NCBI RefSeq assembly: GCF_006345805.1
Contig: NC_042998.1
Span: 8,122,001-8,186,000, forward strand
Source of the DNA: Octopus sinensis
Lineage: Eukaryota
Reading direction: 5' to 3'
Length of the DNA stretch: 64,000 bases
A program made the translations under genes and the position numbers. Below the pieces are notes generated by a model. The model had not been told where the DNA came from and ran no database searches. It was given only the letters and a program-made list of their open reading frames with translations. Of the stretch, positions 39,319 through 51,897 are shown piece by piece; positions within the stretch are counted from its first letter, which is position 1; every line of letters begins with the position of its first letter.

Positions 39319-40803
39319 TAAAAGAAATAAAACATATGCATATATATAAACATATATGTACGTACCTACCTCTACATGTACATATACACGCATATATGAG
39401 TACAGGACACCAAAGGGACGTCGAACACTTAGAGAAACGAAAACATAGACACAAACCAAAGGAACAGGACATTTTTTAAAAAACAACAAAAAATGGAGTA
39501 CAGGACAGTTAACACAACGAAAAAACCCCTTCTTCAGTCGCTAAGGTTTCATCTACTCTACGTTTCGAAGGATAAAAGCGAGACGTATCTTCGACAAGAA
39601 ACTTTCCTTCCTGCGAAAAGCAAATCAATTAAAATTCTGAGATCTTTTCGCAGAGGGGTAAAAATTGGTAAAAAAATGGTAAAAAAACGAGACAGTAACG
39701 ACAGTACAAAAAAATAAACAGTAAAAAAATATATATATAAACAGTAAAAAAAATATATATATAACAGTAAAAGACAGGACAGGGAGAACAAGATAAGAAG
39801 TGCTGTTGACGCCGAACGAAAAAAGTATTGCAAACGCTGAATTTTTTGTGAACGACGAGAGAGCAGGAAAAGTCGTCCAGTAGCCTTAAAAGGCGGGCGA
39901 GAAAGACCGTTAGCAGTTACGGCGGAAGTATCGTCGCAGATGGACGACGGGAATGGGGGAGGAGGAGCAAGAGGAAGGGAGAGAAGAAGGGGAATGGTGC
40001 GAGGAGACCATGAAAAATGGTGAGGGGGAGAGAGAGAGAGGAAGAGACAAGTTAAGTGAGGGAAAAAAGACGAAAAGGGGATGGGATAGAAAGAAAGAAA
40101 GAAAGGAAGGAAGGGCAGAGTGCGCGTGAGAGTTAATATCAAGACGAAACTTGATATACAGAACAATCTTACTTAAGAGGGTGCGTGCGTTTAGTCGTAT
40201 AATATATTAATAAAAGAAATAAAACATATGCATATATATAAACATATATGTACGTACCTACCTCTACATGTACATATACACGCATATATGAGTACAGGAC
40301 ACCAAAGGGACGTCGAACACTTAGAGAAACGAAAACATAGACACCTACCAAAGGAACAGGACATTTTTTAAAAAACAACAAAAAATGGAGTACAGGACAG
40401 TTAACACAACGAAAAAACCCCTTCTTCAGTCGCTAAGGTTTCATCTACTCTACGTTTCGAAGGATAAAAGCGAGACGTATCTTCGACAAGAAACTTTCCT
40501 TCCTGCGAAAAGCAAATCAATTAAAATTCTGAGATCTTTTCGCAGAGGGGTAAAAATTGGTAAAAAAATGGTAAAAAAACGAGACAGTAATGACAGTACA
40601 AAAATATAAACAGTAAAAAAATATATATATAAACAGTAAAAAAATATATATATAACAGTAAAAGACAGGACAGGGAGAACAAGATAAGAAGTGCTGTTGA
40701 CGCCGAACGAAAAAAGTATTGCAAACGCTGAATTTTTTGTGAACGACGAGAGAGCAGGAAAAGTCGTCCAGTAGCCTTAAAAGGCGGGCGAGAAAGACCG
40801 TTA
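39310..40803. repeat. Tandem duplication of an 892-bp unit (about 1.7 copies) in (TA)n; possibly PLE-related
   Basis: ATGGAGTACAGG at 39493 and 40385; (TA)n at both ends. Confidence 0.8.
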
Positions 40804-40811
40804 TATATATA

Positions 40812-41310
40812 TCATCTTTTACTGGTTTCAGCCCAGGGCTGAGGTCATGCTGGTGCACAACCTGTAGTTACTCGTGGTTGTTTCCAGTATTCTTGTTTTT
40901 GGTGAAGTAACAATTTTGTTGGAGTTGTTCTTCTTTGCATCTCCTGCTGCGATGTGGGTTCATCTGGTATCTTAGATAGAAACTTGTCCAGACGTTCCTT
41001 GAAAACTTCCATATCAACACCATGTAGATCTCTAAGGTTGCTAGGAAGGATGTTGAACAATTGCGGGCTCTTGAATCCCAGACAACTGCAGTACTCTGTG
41101 CTTATTTTAGATGGGGAAGACAGGATCTTTCGTATGCTGCAGTGCTGTCCAGTTCGAGGATGGGTATAGCTGTCAGTTCCAAAATTGGGAGCTAAACCCC
41201 CCAAGATCTTTCAAATATATATCACCGCATATCTCTCTTGTCTGAGAATAGAGGCTCAACTCCTTTAGCCTCTTCCAGTAGCCCATCTTTTGCATCGAGT
41301 AAATCTTCTT
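40812..41310 (-). mobile_element. Diverged CR1-clade LINE 3' fragment (second subfamily)
   Basis: LGFKSPQLFNILPSNLRDLHGVDMEVFKERLDKFLSKIPDEP, homologous to the 26.3-kb ORF. Confidence 0.8.
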
Positions 41311-41349
41311 ATATACACTCATCACACTACATTATATATATATTATATA

Positions 41350-41883
41350 TACAGTTCTCTCTGTAGGAATTTGTTTACTCTATAACTCACGTGGGTGGAA
41401 GCGGGATGAATGCAAAGCCTCATTCGTACTTTTTGAATTCGTTGGTACTGGCGGTCGAAGATGGTTTGTCTGGGTTTACTCATATCTGACGGATATGTTC
41501 GATTTTTAGTGCTCTCAAATCCAAATCTAAGAAATCTTTGAGCTGACGAAGGAAATGTTGATTTTTAAATTCAACTAATCTAGAAACGTACGTTCTCAAG
41601 TAATCTTAACGTACATGTGATCTTTTGTTATTTTTCCCTCCATACATGCGTGAATTATTTTTGAGTATACATTGTCTGGGAGATTTTTCTTATAGTAGAA
41701 GAAATAGCTAAGATTTTTTGGCTGCTATTTCTAAAAGTTCAGTGTGTGGTGAAGTAAATTATTTTACTGAACCCTAATTATATAACGTAATGTTTTAAAT
41801 ATACCTTAAATGGTCCTCTTACATACTGAACACTACTTGGTAAAATTAATTAATAATTAATTGATTTTATCCTTTTATTATTG

Positions 41884-41887
<4 letters not shown>
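41350..41887 (+). mobile_element. Single monomer of about 540 bp related to the 562-bp HHR unit, flanked by (TA)n
   Basis: Colinear with the sense strand of 17901-18463 (CTCACGTGGGTGGA, GAAATCT(C/T)TGAGCTGA, TTTTTGGCTGCTATTTCT). Confidence 0.75.
41537..41600 (+). ncRNA. Type I hammerhead ribozyme
   Basis: TTTGAG-CTGACGA-A GGA..GTTGA..TCAAC..TCT A-GAAA-CGTACG-TT-CTCAAG; palindromic stem III, GUU cleavage site. Confidence 0.72.
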
Positions 41888-41928
<41 letters not shown>

Positions 41929-41969
41929 TCACCACACTACATTAACGCAAACATATGTACATTTGTTTA

Positions 41970-42385
41970 TATCTTTTACTTTTATATTCTACCTGTTTCA
42001 GTCATTAGACTGCGACCATGATGGGGCGCCACCTCGAACTTTTAGTCAAATGAATCGAATCCCATGCTTATTTTTTAAGCATTGTAGTTATTCTGTTAGT
42101 CTCTTTTGCCGAACTGCTAAGTTACAGGGATGTAAACACACCAACAGCCGTTGTCAAGAGGTGGTGGGGGACAAACACAGACAGAAAGACACACACACAC
42201 ATAGATACATATGCATACTATAGAAGAGGCTTCTTTCAGTTTCCGCCAGTTAAATCCACTCACAAGGCTTTGGTCAGCCCGAGTCTATTGTAGGAAACAC
42301 TTTTCGAAGGGGCCACGCTGTGGGTCTGAACTCGCAACCATGTGGCTGGAAAACAAACTTCTTACCAAAGCCACGCCACGCACAA
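41970..42385 (-). mobile_element. Diverged SINE family B copy
   Basis: TTTCAGTCATTAGACTGCGACCATG...AAATCCACTCACAAGGCTTTGGTC. Confidence 0.7.
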
Positions 42386-42449
42386 ACACACATATATATA
42401 TGTAGCTTTCAAATGTTGGCACAATGTCAGCAATCTGCACGAGAATATG

Positions 42450-42622
42450 CCGATTACATCGGCCCCAGTATTCCACTGGTACTTATTTTATCGACGCTGA
42501 AATGATAAAAGGCAAAGTCGACCTCGGCTGAATTTGAACTCAGAACTCAGAACGTAAAGACGGACGAAAAGCCTCTAAACATTTTGCCCGGCGTGGTAAC
42601 GATTCTGTCAGATATCCGCCTG
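42450..42622 (-). mobile_element. Diverged SINE family A copy
   Basis: AAAGGCAAAGTCGACCTCGGCTGAATTTGAACTCAGAAC. Confidence 0.7.
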
Positions 42623-42628
42623 TAAATA

Positions 42629-42695
<67 letters not shown>

Positions 42696-43235
42696 TTAGT
42701 TGTAGTAAGTGGGCGAGAGTATGCACGTGTCAGTATGAGAGCTGGAAGTGTCAAAGAAGACTGTAACAATTCTTTTCTGTTAAGCAAACAACTGTTTAAT
42801 TAGAGAAAAGTAGATTTTAGCAACTTTGTGTCGAACGACGAATGCGCCAAAAGTAAAGCAATCGGATTTGCCGAAAATAGCGAATTAAAACCAAGTCATG
42901 CACTTTCATTAGTGCTCTTCTACATCTGAGCGAGGGTTTCATGTGACAAAGGACATTATCAGTCTTATTGGCGCCAAAACCAAGTCTGTGACAATGGAAT
43001 CAAATGACAATTAACGGATTCATGATAATAGTTATTGACTGGGACAATTCGGCATATATCTGTATGTATGCAAGAAACATTTGAAGCGTCTGAATATGTG
43101 CAGGAATTCGTAGAAGAGATATACTAACAGTGCGGCTGAAGTAACCGAAGTGGAGAGAATAATAGTGGGAGAGAAAAATACGGTAAAACATACACCGTGC
43201 CCGCGCTCATTCATACATATATACAGGAGTGTACT

Positions 43236-43302
<67 letters not shown>

Positions 43303-43357
43303 TAGATAGATAGACAGACAGAGATAGATAGACAGACAGAGATAGATAGACAGACAG

Positions 43358-43438
<81 letters not shown>

Positions 43439-43510
43439 TGTTTCTTTATTAGCCACACAGGGCTGCACACAGACGGGACAAATTACAAGGTAGAGCTTTT
43501 CTTTTTGGGG

Positions 43511-43587
<77 letters not shown>
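43236..43587. repeat. (GATA)n array interrupted by a 73-bp retroelement 3' stub (43438-43510)
   Basis: Same stub occurs inside (GATA)n at 51666. Confidence 0.85.
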
Positions 43588-44542
43588 GGGAAGCGAGAGA
43601 GACGGACAAGCAGACAGACAGAAGGTGACAGACTGATAGACACGGAGAAGATGTGTGTATGTATATGCTCAAAGGATGTTTAATTTTCTAAAACGTATTC
43701 TAGCAGAAAGTTTGAAAGTTTCAGCGAAGTCGGCTTTTTAAATGTGTCTTATCAAATCGTCCAATTTTCCGGAGCTTTCTAACACGTGTCACGAGACGTC
43801 ATTTCCGTTTCCTGATGCTTTATCAGATAGCCAAGGCATTATAGCCTATTAGCGAAGAATTCGTGCTGTCTCCGTTTCCCCCCAGTTAAATCTCTAGTGA
43901 ATCAACTGGCTGCCGGTGTTTTCAGATAAGTATCACTGTTGGTTTGTAATAAGAGCAATAACTACTATGCAATACTACTAATAGTAAATAAGCAGAGACG
44001 TAATATTTTCTGAGTTTTCCCTGTCTTCGTATCTACTATATATCATGCAATTAATTAGAATATCAGAATCATTAAGTTAAGGCTCATTCAATTATCCAGA
44101 ATTAAGCAAATCATCTATTAAAACGGCAGATGTCTGGAATTGTGTCTGATGGATTCTTAGTGAATTTAATTAATACACATATCCCTGTTTATCCTTGATT
44201 CTTTCGGGATAGATCCGCGATAACAGAGTACGCTCAAACGTTACATGCTACGCATACCAGGATTTGGTCTTTGATAACACGGGTGGGCAATCAATGAAAG
44301 ATACTACATGGACTGCAAAAGCGTGCCCCAACGACCAACCACAAAGCTCAAAACAACAGGGGGTTTCGAAACGAAATCTGTTTTTCCTATATGTTCTGCT
44401 ATTCGTGATTCATTTAATACAATGTTTGTTTGTGCATATGTGTGTGTGTGCGTTCGCGCGCTTTTCTTTTGGAACCAAACACCCGTGATAAACGAAGGTA
44501 TATGCTTTATAAAAATACACAGTCGATTTCTTAATGGTATAT

Positions 44543-44847
44543 CACGTGATCACGTGACCGACCAGACCATCAGATGTTGCTACACATCGCTGGTCACAAT
44601 GCGTTCGCATTGTTTTAGCCTTTGAATGACGTCACCCCGCTGGCAAAGCGAGCAGGCCAACATAAGAAAGAGTGGGAGAAAGAGTGGTGAAAGAGAACAG
44701 CAGAGATCACCACCCCCTGCCGGAGCCTCGTGGAGCTTTTTAGGTGTTTTCGCTCAATAAACACTCACAACGCCCGGCCTGGGAATCGAAACCGCGTTCC
44801 TACGACCGCGAGTCCGCTGCCCTAACCTCTGGGCCATTGCGCCTCCA
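44543..44847 (-). mobile_element. SINE family C, tail type 2
   Basis: 13-bp TSD CTTAATGGTATAT at 44530-44542 and 44848-44860. Confidence 0.85.
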
Positions 44848-45671
44848 CTTAATGGTATATACCAACCCAAATACCACCCACTAAGGTCATGGAGCATGTT
44901 TCATGTCTCCACCCCGCTAACAGAGAAAGAAGAGTAGCACCATTGCACCTTTTCACAGTTGAAGTAAAAATGTTATCGATTTACTCTATTCCTCTTTCTT
45001 GTTTCGAGAAAAAGCGATTGTCACTAATTGATCTTACCGTTCTTTATCCCAAGATTGTATGACCCCCGTCTCTTCCGTGACAAATCCATATTTTCATGAA
45101 TCTCGACATGTCATATTGTTGTGGTATTTTGTTCTTGTTGAGACTCAGCTCAACCTTATTTAAACAAACTATGATTAAGGCTGTTCTAGCAGTGACCACC
45201 CCGTCACTTAATTAGACAGAGTATATAAAGGACTATAATGTCCTTTCTTCTTTTTGTACGATAGTAAAGTAAGATTTGAAGCCGATCTGGCTGCTATTTC
45301 TAAAATATCAAGCAACCACATAGCTGATCCTTTGTTGGCTGCGTGTGGAAGCGGCAGTTCCCCTGCAGTGTTTATGCCCTATAGAAGTCTTTCTATATGT
45401 ACCATACTTTTAAATAAACCATCGGGATGACCTCGCGTTTTCTTGACGCTATTTAGTTTTTTTCTCTATTCGCATGGAGGCTAAATATAGAGTTACTCTT
45501 TTCATCAATATTATAAATTTTTCTGAGCAATGTATTGTCCAAGAAATTTTTTAATCATTTCATGAAGTAGAGGAGAAATAAAAGTATAACTTCCTTGTTT
45601 GAATAATTGAAAAAAAGAAGCATGTTTGAGGAAATAGTTCAAATATAATAAGTTTTAGTAAAATAAGAAAT

Positions 45672-45912
45672 TTGGAGGTGCGTGGCTTAGTGGTTAGGGT
45701 GTCAGCATCATGATCGTAAGATTGTGTTTTCGATTCCTGGTCCGGGCGACGCGTTATGTTCTTGAGCAAAACACTTCATTCCACGTTGCTCCAGTCCACT
45801 CAGCTGGCAAAAATGAGTAACGCTGCGATGGACTGGCGTCCCATCCAGCTGGGGAAAACATACGCCATAGAAACCGGGCCCATGAGCTTGGCTAGACTTT
45901 AAAAGGGGCGCA
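45672..45912 (+). mobile_element. SINE family D (different tRNA head, CORE-like centre, tail shared with the 53900 copy)
   Basis: TGGCTTAGTGGTTAGG A-box-like; GTTCTTGAGCAAAACACTT core-like; tail GATGGACTGGCGTCCC..GAAACCGGGCCCATGAGC. Confidence 0.7.
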
Positions 45913-45976
45913 GAAAGAAAATAAGAAAAGCTATGTTTAATGAAGTAATGTAAGAATAGAAAATAAGAATAGAAAA

Positions 45977-46209
45977 AGGAGGCGAGCTGGCAGAATCGTT
46001 AGCACGCCGGACGAAATGCGCAGCCGTACTTCATCCGCCGTTACGTTCTGAGTTCAAATTCCGCCGAGGTCGACTTTACCTTTCATCTTTTCGGGGTCTA
46101 TAAATTAAGTACCAGTTGCGCAGTGGGGTCGATATAATCGACTTAATCCGTTTGTCTGTCCTTGTTTGGCCCCTCCGTGTTTAGCCCCTTGCGGGCAATA
46201 AAGAAATAA
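45977..46209 (+). mobile_element. SINE family A, full length
   Basis: Head GGCGAGCTGGCAGAATCGTTAGC; imperfect TSD AATAAGAAT(A/T)GAAAA. Confidence 0.88.
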
Positions 46210-47341
46210 GAATTGAAAATAAGTTAGCAATAATGAGAATTGTCGAGTGACATACATTTTATTTAAGATACAAAGTCTAAAGAAGTAAAGATAGCAGATA
46301 ACAAATACGCAGCTGAATAGTAAAATTTGGAAGACCAAATAGGGAGAACGAATGTGGTATAACAAAGTCCTCTTAACTACAACCCAACACCACTAAAGTA
46401 ATACAAGAATGAGTTTACAATAAGATTAAAATTAACTAATGTTAACTACGACACATACGCACATATGCAAGAACATATATGTTCCTATTCTGGCAACAAA
46501 GGGAGCAAAATATAATAAACAAAATAAAAATGTCGTCTGGTCACACGTTTGCAATAGAAATGTAACGTGACGCAAGAGACCTAGAAAACCCAGATCATTT
46601 GAAAATCTATACTCAGTGAAACGGCCACAGACATTGGGTGGTGGGAAATCTGCAGAAAAACAAAGAATATAAACAAACAATAACCAGCGAGGGTGTTTAT
46701 AGGCTTTAACGAATCTGTAAGATTGTACAGATAGTAAATTCTTAATAAAAATTGTTTGTGTTTTTCTTCTTTATCTCTTTATCACTTTTGTTTTGTTTTG
46801 CATGCTATTTTCTATATTATTGTTATTTTTTAAAGTCCAACTCAGATCTGATAAGGGAAATCAAGGCATGTGCATAGTCGTTCTACGATTAGCTACGATT
46901 CGCAGATCCATTGTCCCATATATTCAATACGTTTATCAAATGAAGTCCCATGCTGTGTACATTTACATACAGAAATTTCTCGTACAGACTACAAGTGAGA
47001 CAGTTCAGTTAATATAAGTAAATATTGATCTAAGAAATTTATCAGGTTGCAAACACTTTTTCTTCTCAGCAAATAGATAATAATGGTAGCCAAAGTTAAG
47101 ATAAAGAAGTTGAAATATATCAATCTAAGGATTTTTTATGGCGGTACCATGCAATCTGAAGAAGATTTTGCAGCTATTTCTTGCAGACTGGGTCCTTCAT
47201 TTGCCTTCTGTAATGTAGGGAATTGAGAGAGGTAATCATAAAGGAGACAAATAAATAACTTTGTGCTGAGTGAAATATTCATAGGAGCTACTCTATACAT
47301 GACGAGAGCTGTCGTATTACAGAGTTTTAACTCATTATTTA

Positions 47342-47711
47342 TGGAAGCACTCCGTCGGTTACGACGACGAGGGTTCCGGTTGATCCGAATCAACGGAACA
47401 GCCTGCTCGTGAAATTAAAGTGTAAGTGGCTGAGCACTCCACAGACACGTGTACCCATAACGTAGTTCTCGGGGATATTCAGCGTGACACAGAGAGTGAC
47501 AAGGCCGGCCCTTTGAAATACAGGTACAACAGAAACAGGAAGTAAGAGTGAGAGAAAGTTGTGGTGAAAGAGTACAGCAGGGATCACCACCATCCCCTGC
47601 CGGAGCCTCGTGGAGCTTTAGGTGTTTTCGCTCAATAAACACTCACAACGCCCGGTCTGGGAATCGAAACCGCGAGTCCTCTGACCTAACCACTGGGCCA
47701 TTGCGCCTCCA
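47342..47711 (-). mobile_element. SINE family C, tail type 3
   Basis: Reverse complement of 54980-55348. Confidence 0.88.
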
Positions 47712-48900
47712 CTTCATTCCTTATACTGCTTATACGACCTGTAGAGAATCTCACCGACTTCAATTTACTGATGTCAACTAATTCACTGATTAAGAAATTG
47801 ACACAGAAGTAATTGACCAATTAACATATATACCACTTATTAATCTGGATTTTAATATTGGTTTTAAAAATATAACATTTTGTTTTTAATGTAATCATTG
47901 ATAAAACTTTAAACGGATTTCTAAACAAAAATGTTGAGCTAAGCATCTTAAGTATGTAACAGACTCATTAAATTCGTAATTCACAAGTTTTATTCTTTCA
48001 TCAAAGTCATTTTTCTTTTGTCCTTTAATAGAAGCTCTTAACGAGCAATATTTTGTTGTTTAAAGCATGATTTCGTCCAGAGAATTCTATAGATAAAAAG
48101 TATAGAGGTCCTTCCCGGTTCATATAGACTTATAGGACCAGTCTACCGTTTTCCCTGTCGTATATATTCTCCACCTAGACGGATGTCGTAGGATTACTCA
48201 TTTTTACCAGCTTAGTGGACTGGAGCAATGTGAAATGAAGTGTTCTGAACTAGAACACAACGAATAGTCCGATCCAAGAATCGAAAACCCATCCTTACGA
48301 TCATCAGTCCAACAGTCCTAACCACTAAGCCACATGCCTCCACATTCTATGAACTTTCAAATTGTTGGATGTGTTATAGGCTGTTTGTTGCTCCTCGAAA
48401 CTTCAGTGCCAAACTTCAACGGAATTGTTAGTATAAATAAATATTTATAACTACGTGATATATATTCCACATTTCATGTGGAAATAGTAGTAGTCGACGT
48501 GTTAGCTTCCGATCAGGACAGCTTGTTCTTCAGTAGTTATATCACTGTCGCATGATTTATGAAATGATTCTATGAATACAAGGACAGGTACATATGTTAG
48601 TGAATGTAGTATATGACTTTAAGCTATAAATTCAACTAGTAAACAAGATGCATTAAGACATGTGAAAAGGAAAAATCCTTGTTATTTGAGTGGGAAGTCT
48701 ATGATTACAAGCTTTACTCATTGCTTTTTATAAATTCTGTAACTGATAAAAGTTATATTGGATTAAACTTGATATTTTCTAGAAACTTTTTATAAGTTTG
48801 TGCAGATTTATCGGTTAGAACGAAGGTAGTATACTAAAAAAATACATCAATACTAAAGGTATTGGTCTATTTTTTTTAACTCGATCAGTGTACTTAATAG

Positions 48901-49177
48901 TACAACCTGTGTCAGTGGGGTAGAAAGGTCTCCTTAGCCGTAGTGAAGGCAATCTATCTAGGGAGATAACCTTACAATAAATCACTCGGTCCGTAGCTTA
49001 GAAATACTGGGTTGACGTCCAGCGGGAACAGCTTTGTTTCATGGAGGAGGAAAGATCTTTAGTACTTGGTTGTACAATGCTTTCCAATGTGTGTAGTAGT
49101 GGCGCGCGCACACATTATTAGCCATTTGAAAAGACTATGGAATTTAAGTCTCGAATACGGTCGAACAATGATGATGA
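48901..49177 (+). mobile_element. 277-bp non-autonomous element with RTE-type 3' tail
   Basis: 12-bp TSD TGTACTTAATAG at 48889-48900 and 49178-49189; ends TCTCGAATACGGTCGAACAA(TGA)n like the 31.3-kb RTE. Confidence 0.75.
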
Positions 49178-49529
49178 TGTACTTAATAGGTAAAATAACA
49201 AAGCACTACATATAATATTCCATCTCCATACAAGCGATTACCCTTTAGCAATAGTTGGGACAAATAAGAACACGAATACACACACACACACACACACACT
49301 GACACTGTGTGTATGTGTATGCGTGTGTCATTCAGGTTTATTTCAAGATTTCTTGCCAATAGAGAATGAGCTGGTTTCTAACCTAGATCCAAGACTCCTT
49401 CATTGGAATTTCAACAACATCAACAGGGTATTTTTGCATGTACTAGTGTATATGTTCAGTATTTGGAGTCACTGCATGTGCAGATTTCCATGGTTTATTT
49501 TATGTATGTATTCTCATGTCATATAGTTG

Positions 49530-50245
49530 CATGTCTAGACCTGCACATATATACTTAAATGATAAACTTCTGGAAAGTTTTACAGAGTTTTACAGTTCCA
49601 GTGATGGCTTGGATCTGTAGTCTTCGAACCAGCTTCCTCCTTTCTGGTTTTGAGAAGCCTAATTTCTCAAGATTGGTATTTAGGCGGTGTGTTACACATC
49701 ACAGTGACCCAATAATTAGATGTATAAGCCTGAACTTGTAAGCTCGGTAGAATAACTGTAGATTTCTCAATAGTTCAACGTAGCTATGTTCTTTTTCGTT
49801 CATCTTTAGCTTGATGTTAACATCCGCTGGGATGTATGTATCTTTTATGTATCTTTGCATACACGATCCCAAATCACTATGTCAGGTCTCCTATGTTTAC
49901 ATTTTATTAAGGTTTTCACCGGGACATTTCACTAGCATACCTTAATGAGTAGCTATGACTTCTGCCATACTGTGGGTTCTTATTTCTTTGGCTACATTGT
50001 TGTCTTAGCTACAGCATCATGTCTCATCAGTATATAATACCGTGATGATACTTTCGGACAACTGTTTATAATGTGGGTGATATCATCGCTGTCAACGCCA
50101 CGAAGTCTGCATCGGTTATCATATTTTGGCGTTTTGCCTGTAATTCTCTCCCTTTCGTGTATCAGATATTTGGTTGATATCTTCTATTCCTGAATTACAA
50201 ACGCATACCCTTCAAATTGGGTGTTAGTAATTCGATTGTTGGCCC
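49530..50245 (-). pseudogene. Degraded R4/Dong-like non-LTR element C-terminus (zinc knuckle plus restriction-like endonuclease)
   Basis: Manual translation: RCRL(R)GVDSDDITHIINSCP, RHDAVAK, RRPDIVIWD, PADVNI, EKEHSYVELLRNL..IIGSL; stops and frameshifts. Confidence 0.72.
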
Positions 50246-50326
50246 ATACCTACGTACGTATATATGTATGTATGTATGCATGCATACATGTATGTTTGTA
50301 TTATGTATGTATGTATATATATATAT

Positions 50327-50556
50327 TTCTTTACTACCCACAAGGGGCTAAACACAGAGAGGACAAACAAGGATAGACAAAGGGATTAAGTCGATTACAT
50401 CAACCCTAGTGCGTAACTGGTACTTAATTTATCGACCCCGAAAGGATGAAAGGCAAAGTCGACCTCGGCGGAATTTGAACTCGGAACGTAACGACTGACG
50501 AAATACGGCTACGCATTTCGCCCGGCGTGCTAACGTTTCTGCCAGCTCGCCGCCTT
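50327..50556 (-). mobile_element. SINE family A, full length, in (TATG)n
   Basis: Matches the 1555-1780 copy. Confidence 0.88.
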
Positions 50557-51603
50557 GTATGTATGTATGTATGTATGTATGTATGTATGTATGTATGTAT
50601 GTATGTATGTATGTATGTATGTATATATACATGTATGTATGTATCTTTGCTAACTAGTATGCATGTATTAGTTTATGTAACCAATGAACCTCTGCACGTG
50701 TTCTCACTACTAAATTTCATTCACATGATTATGGTGCTCTGCTGTAAGATCGAATCCTGTGCTACGGAAGTCAAGTTCATAAGAAACGAAATGCCAAACG
50801 TGTATATATCGTATCGTTTGCTATTGTTATTGTTATTACTGTCGAAACTATGGTTGTTTACTGTGGTTAAATTTGCTGATTGCTGCCAACAAAATTTTCC
50901 TAATTGTTGCTTCGATGTTGCTAATTGCAACTGAGTTTGCTACTAATAACTGTTGTTGTTAGTGGTAAGTTAAGAAACGTGTCGACCTGCTAACATTTTG
51001 GAATGTATGACTTTCTTGGCAAACAATCTGAGTGATTGTGTTGTATCATCTATGAAAGCAATCGTTAAGATGTGAATGTGAATCTCTCAGAGGAAATTAA
51101 TATGACAGGCACCGTCAAGAGAAGGAAAGAAAGACAGGGGTTAATTAGAGAAGGAAAGAAGGAAAGAAATGAAGGTAGTTACATACACGTGCATGCATGT
51201 ATATATATATATATATATATATATATCTTTGTTCTCACTCGCACATCTATATATTTACTCTATGTGTGTGTGCGCGCCATTTTGTGTAGGTAGGTAGTTG
51301 TTTAAAAGAGAACTAAGAGATAAGAAAATGTAATATAGAAAGGAAGAGAAAGAACAGGACGAAGGAAAGAAGGAAAAATAGAAAAAAAAAGAATAACAGA
51401 AAGACAAATAGAAGGAAAATTAAGGCAGAGAAAAATGTAAATTTTCTTGTTATTTTTTGTATTTTTATTATATTTCCTTTTTTATTTTTTGTTAGCAATT
51501 ACTGAACTCCGTGGTATTTTGAGACTAATGCATCACTTCGTCTGATTATCTATAGTTTTCTACTTGTTGGTAATATTTTCATGTAATGTTACTGGTTTCC
51601 AGA

Positions 51604-51666
<63 letters not shown>

Positions 51667-51855
51667 TGTTTCTTTATTAGCCACACAGGGCTGAACACAG
51701 AGGGGACAAATTACAAAGTAGAGCTTTTCTTTTTGGGGAGAAAAAAAGAGAAAAGAAAAAGGAAAATAAAAAATAAAAAGGTGGGTAGGTTTTCGATCAA
51801 AAGGGATCGTAATGGGAGAGAGAAAAAACGATCAATATGGATCGTGTATAGATAA

Positions 51856-51897
<42 letters not shown>
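51604..51897. repeat. (GATA)n array interrupted by a longer copy of the same retroelement stub (about 51666-51850)
   Basis: ATGTTTCTTTATTAGCCACACAGGGCTG.ACACAGA.GGGACAAATTACAA.GTAGAGCTTTTCTTTTTGGGG. Confidence 0.82.
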
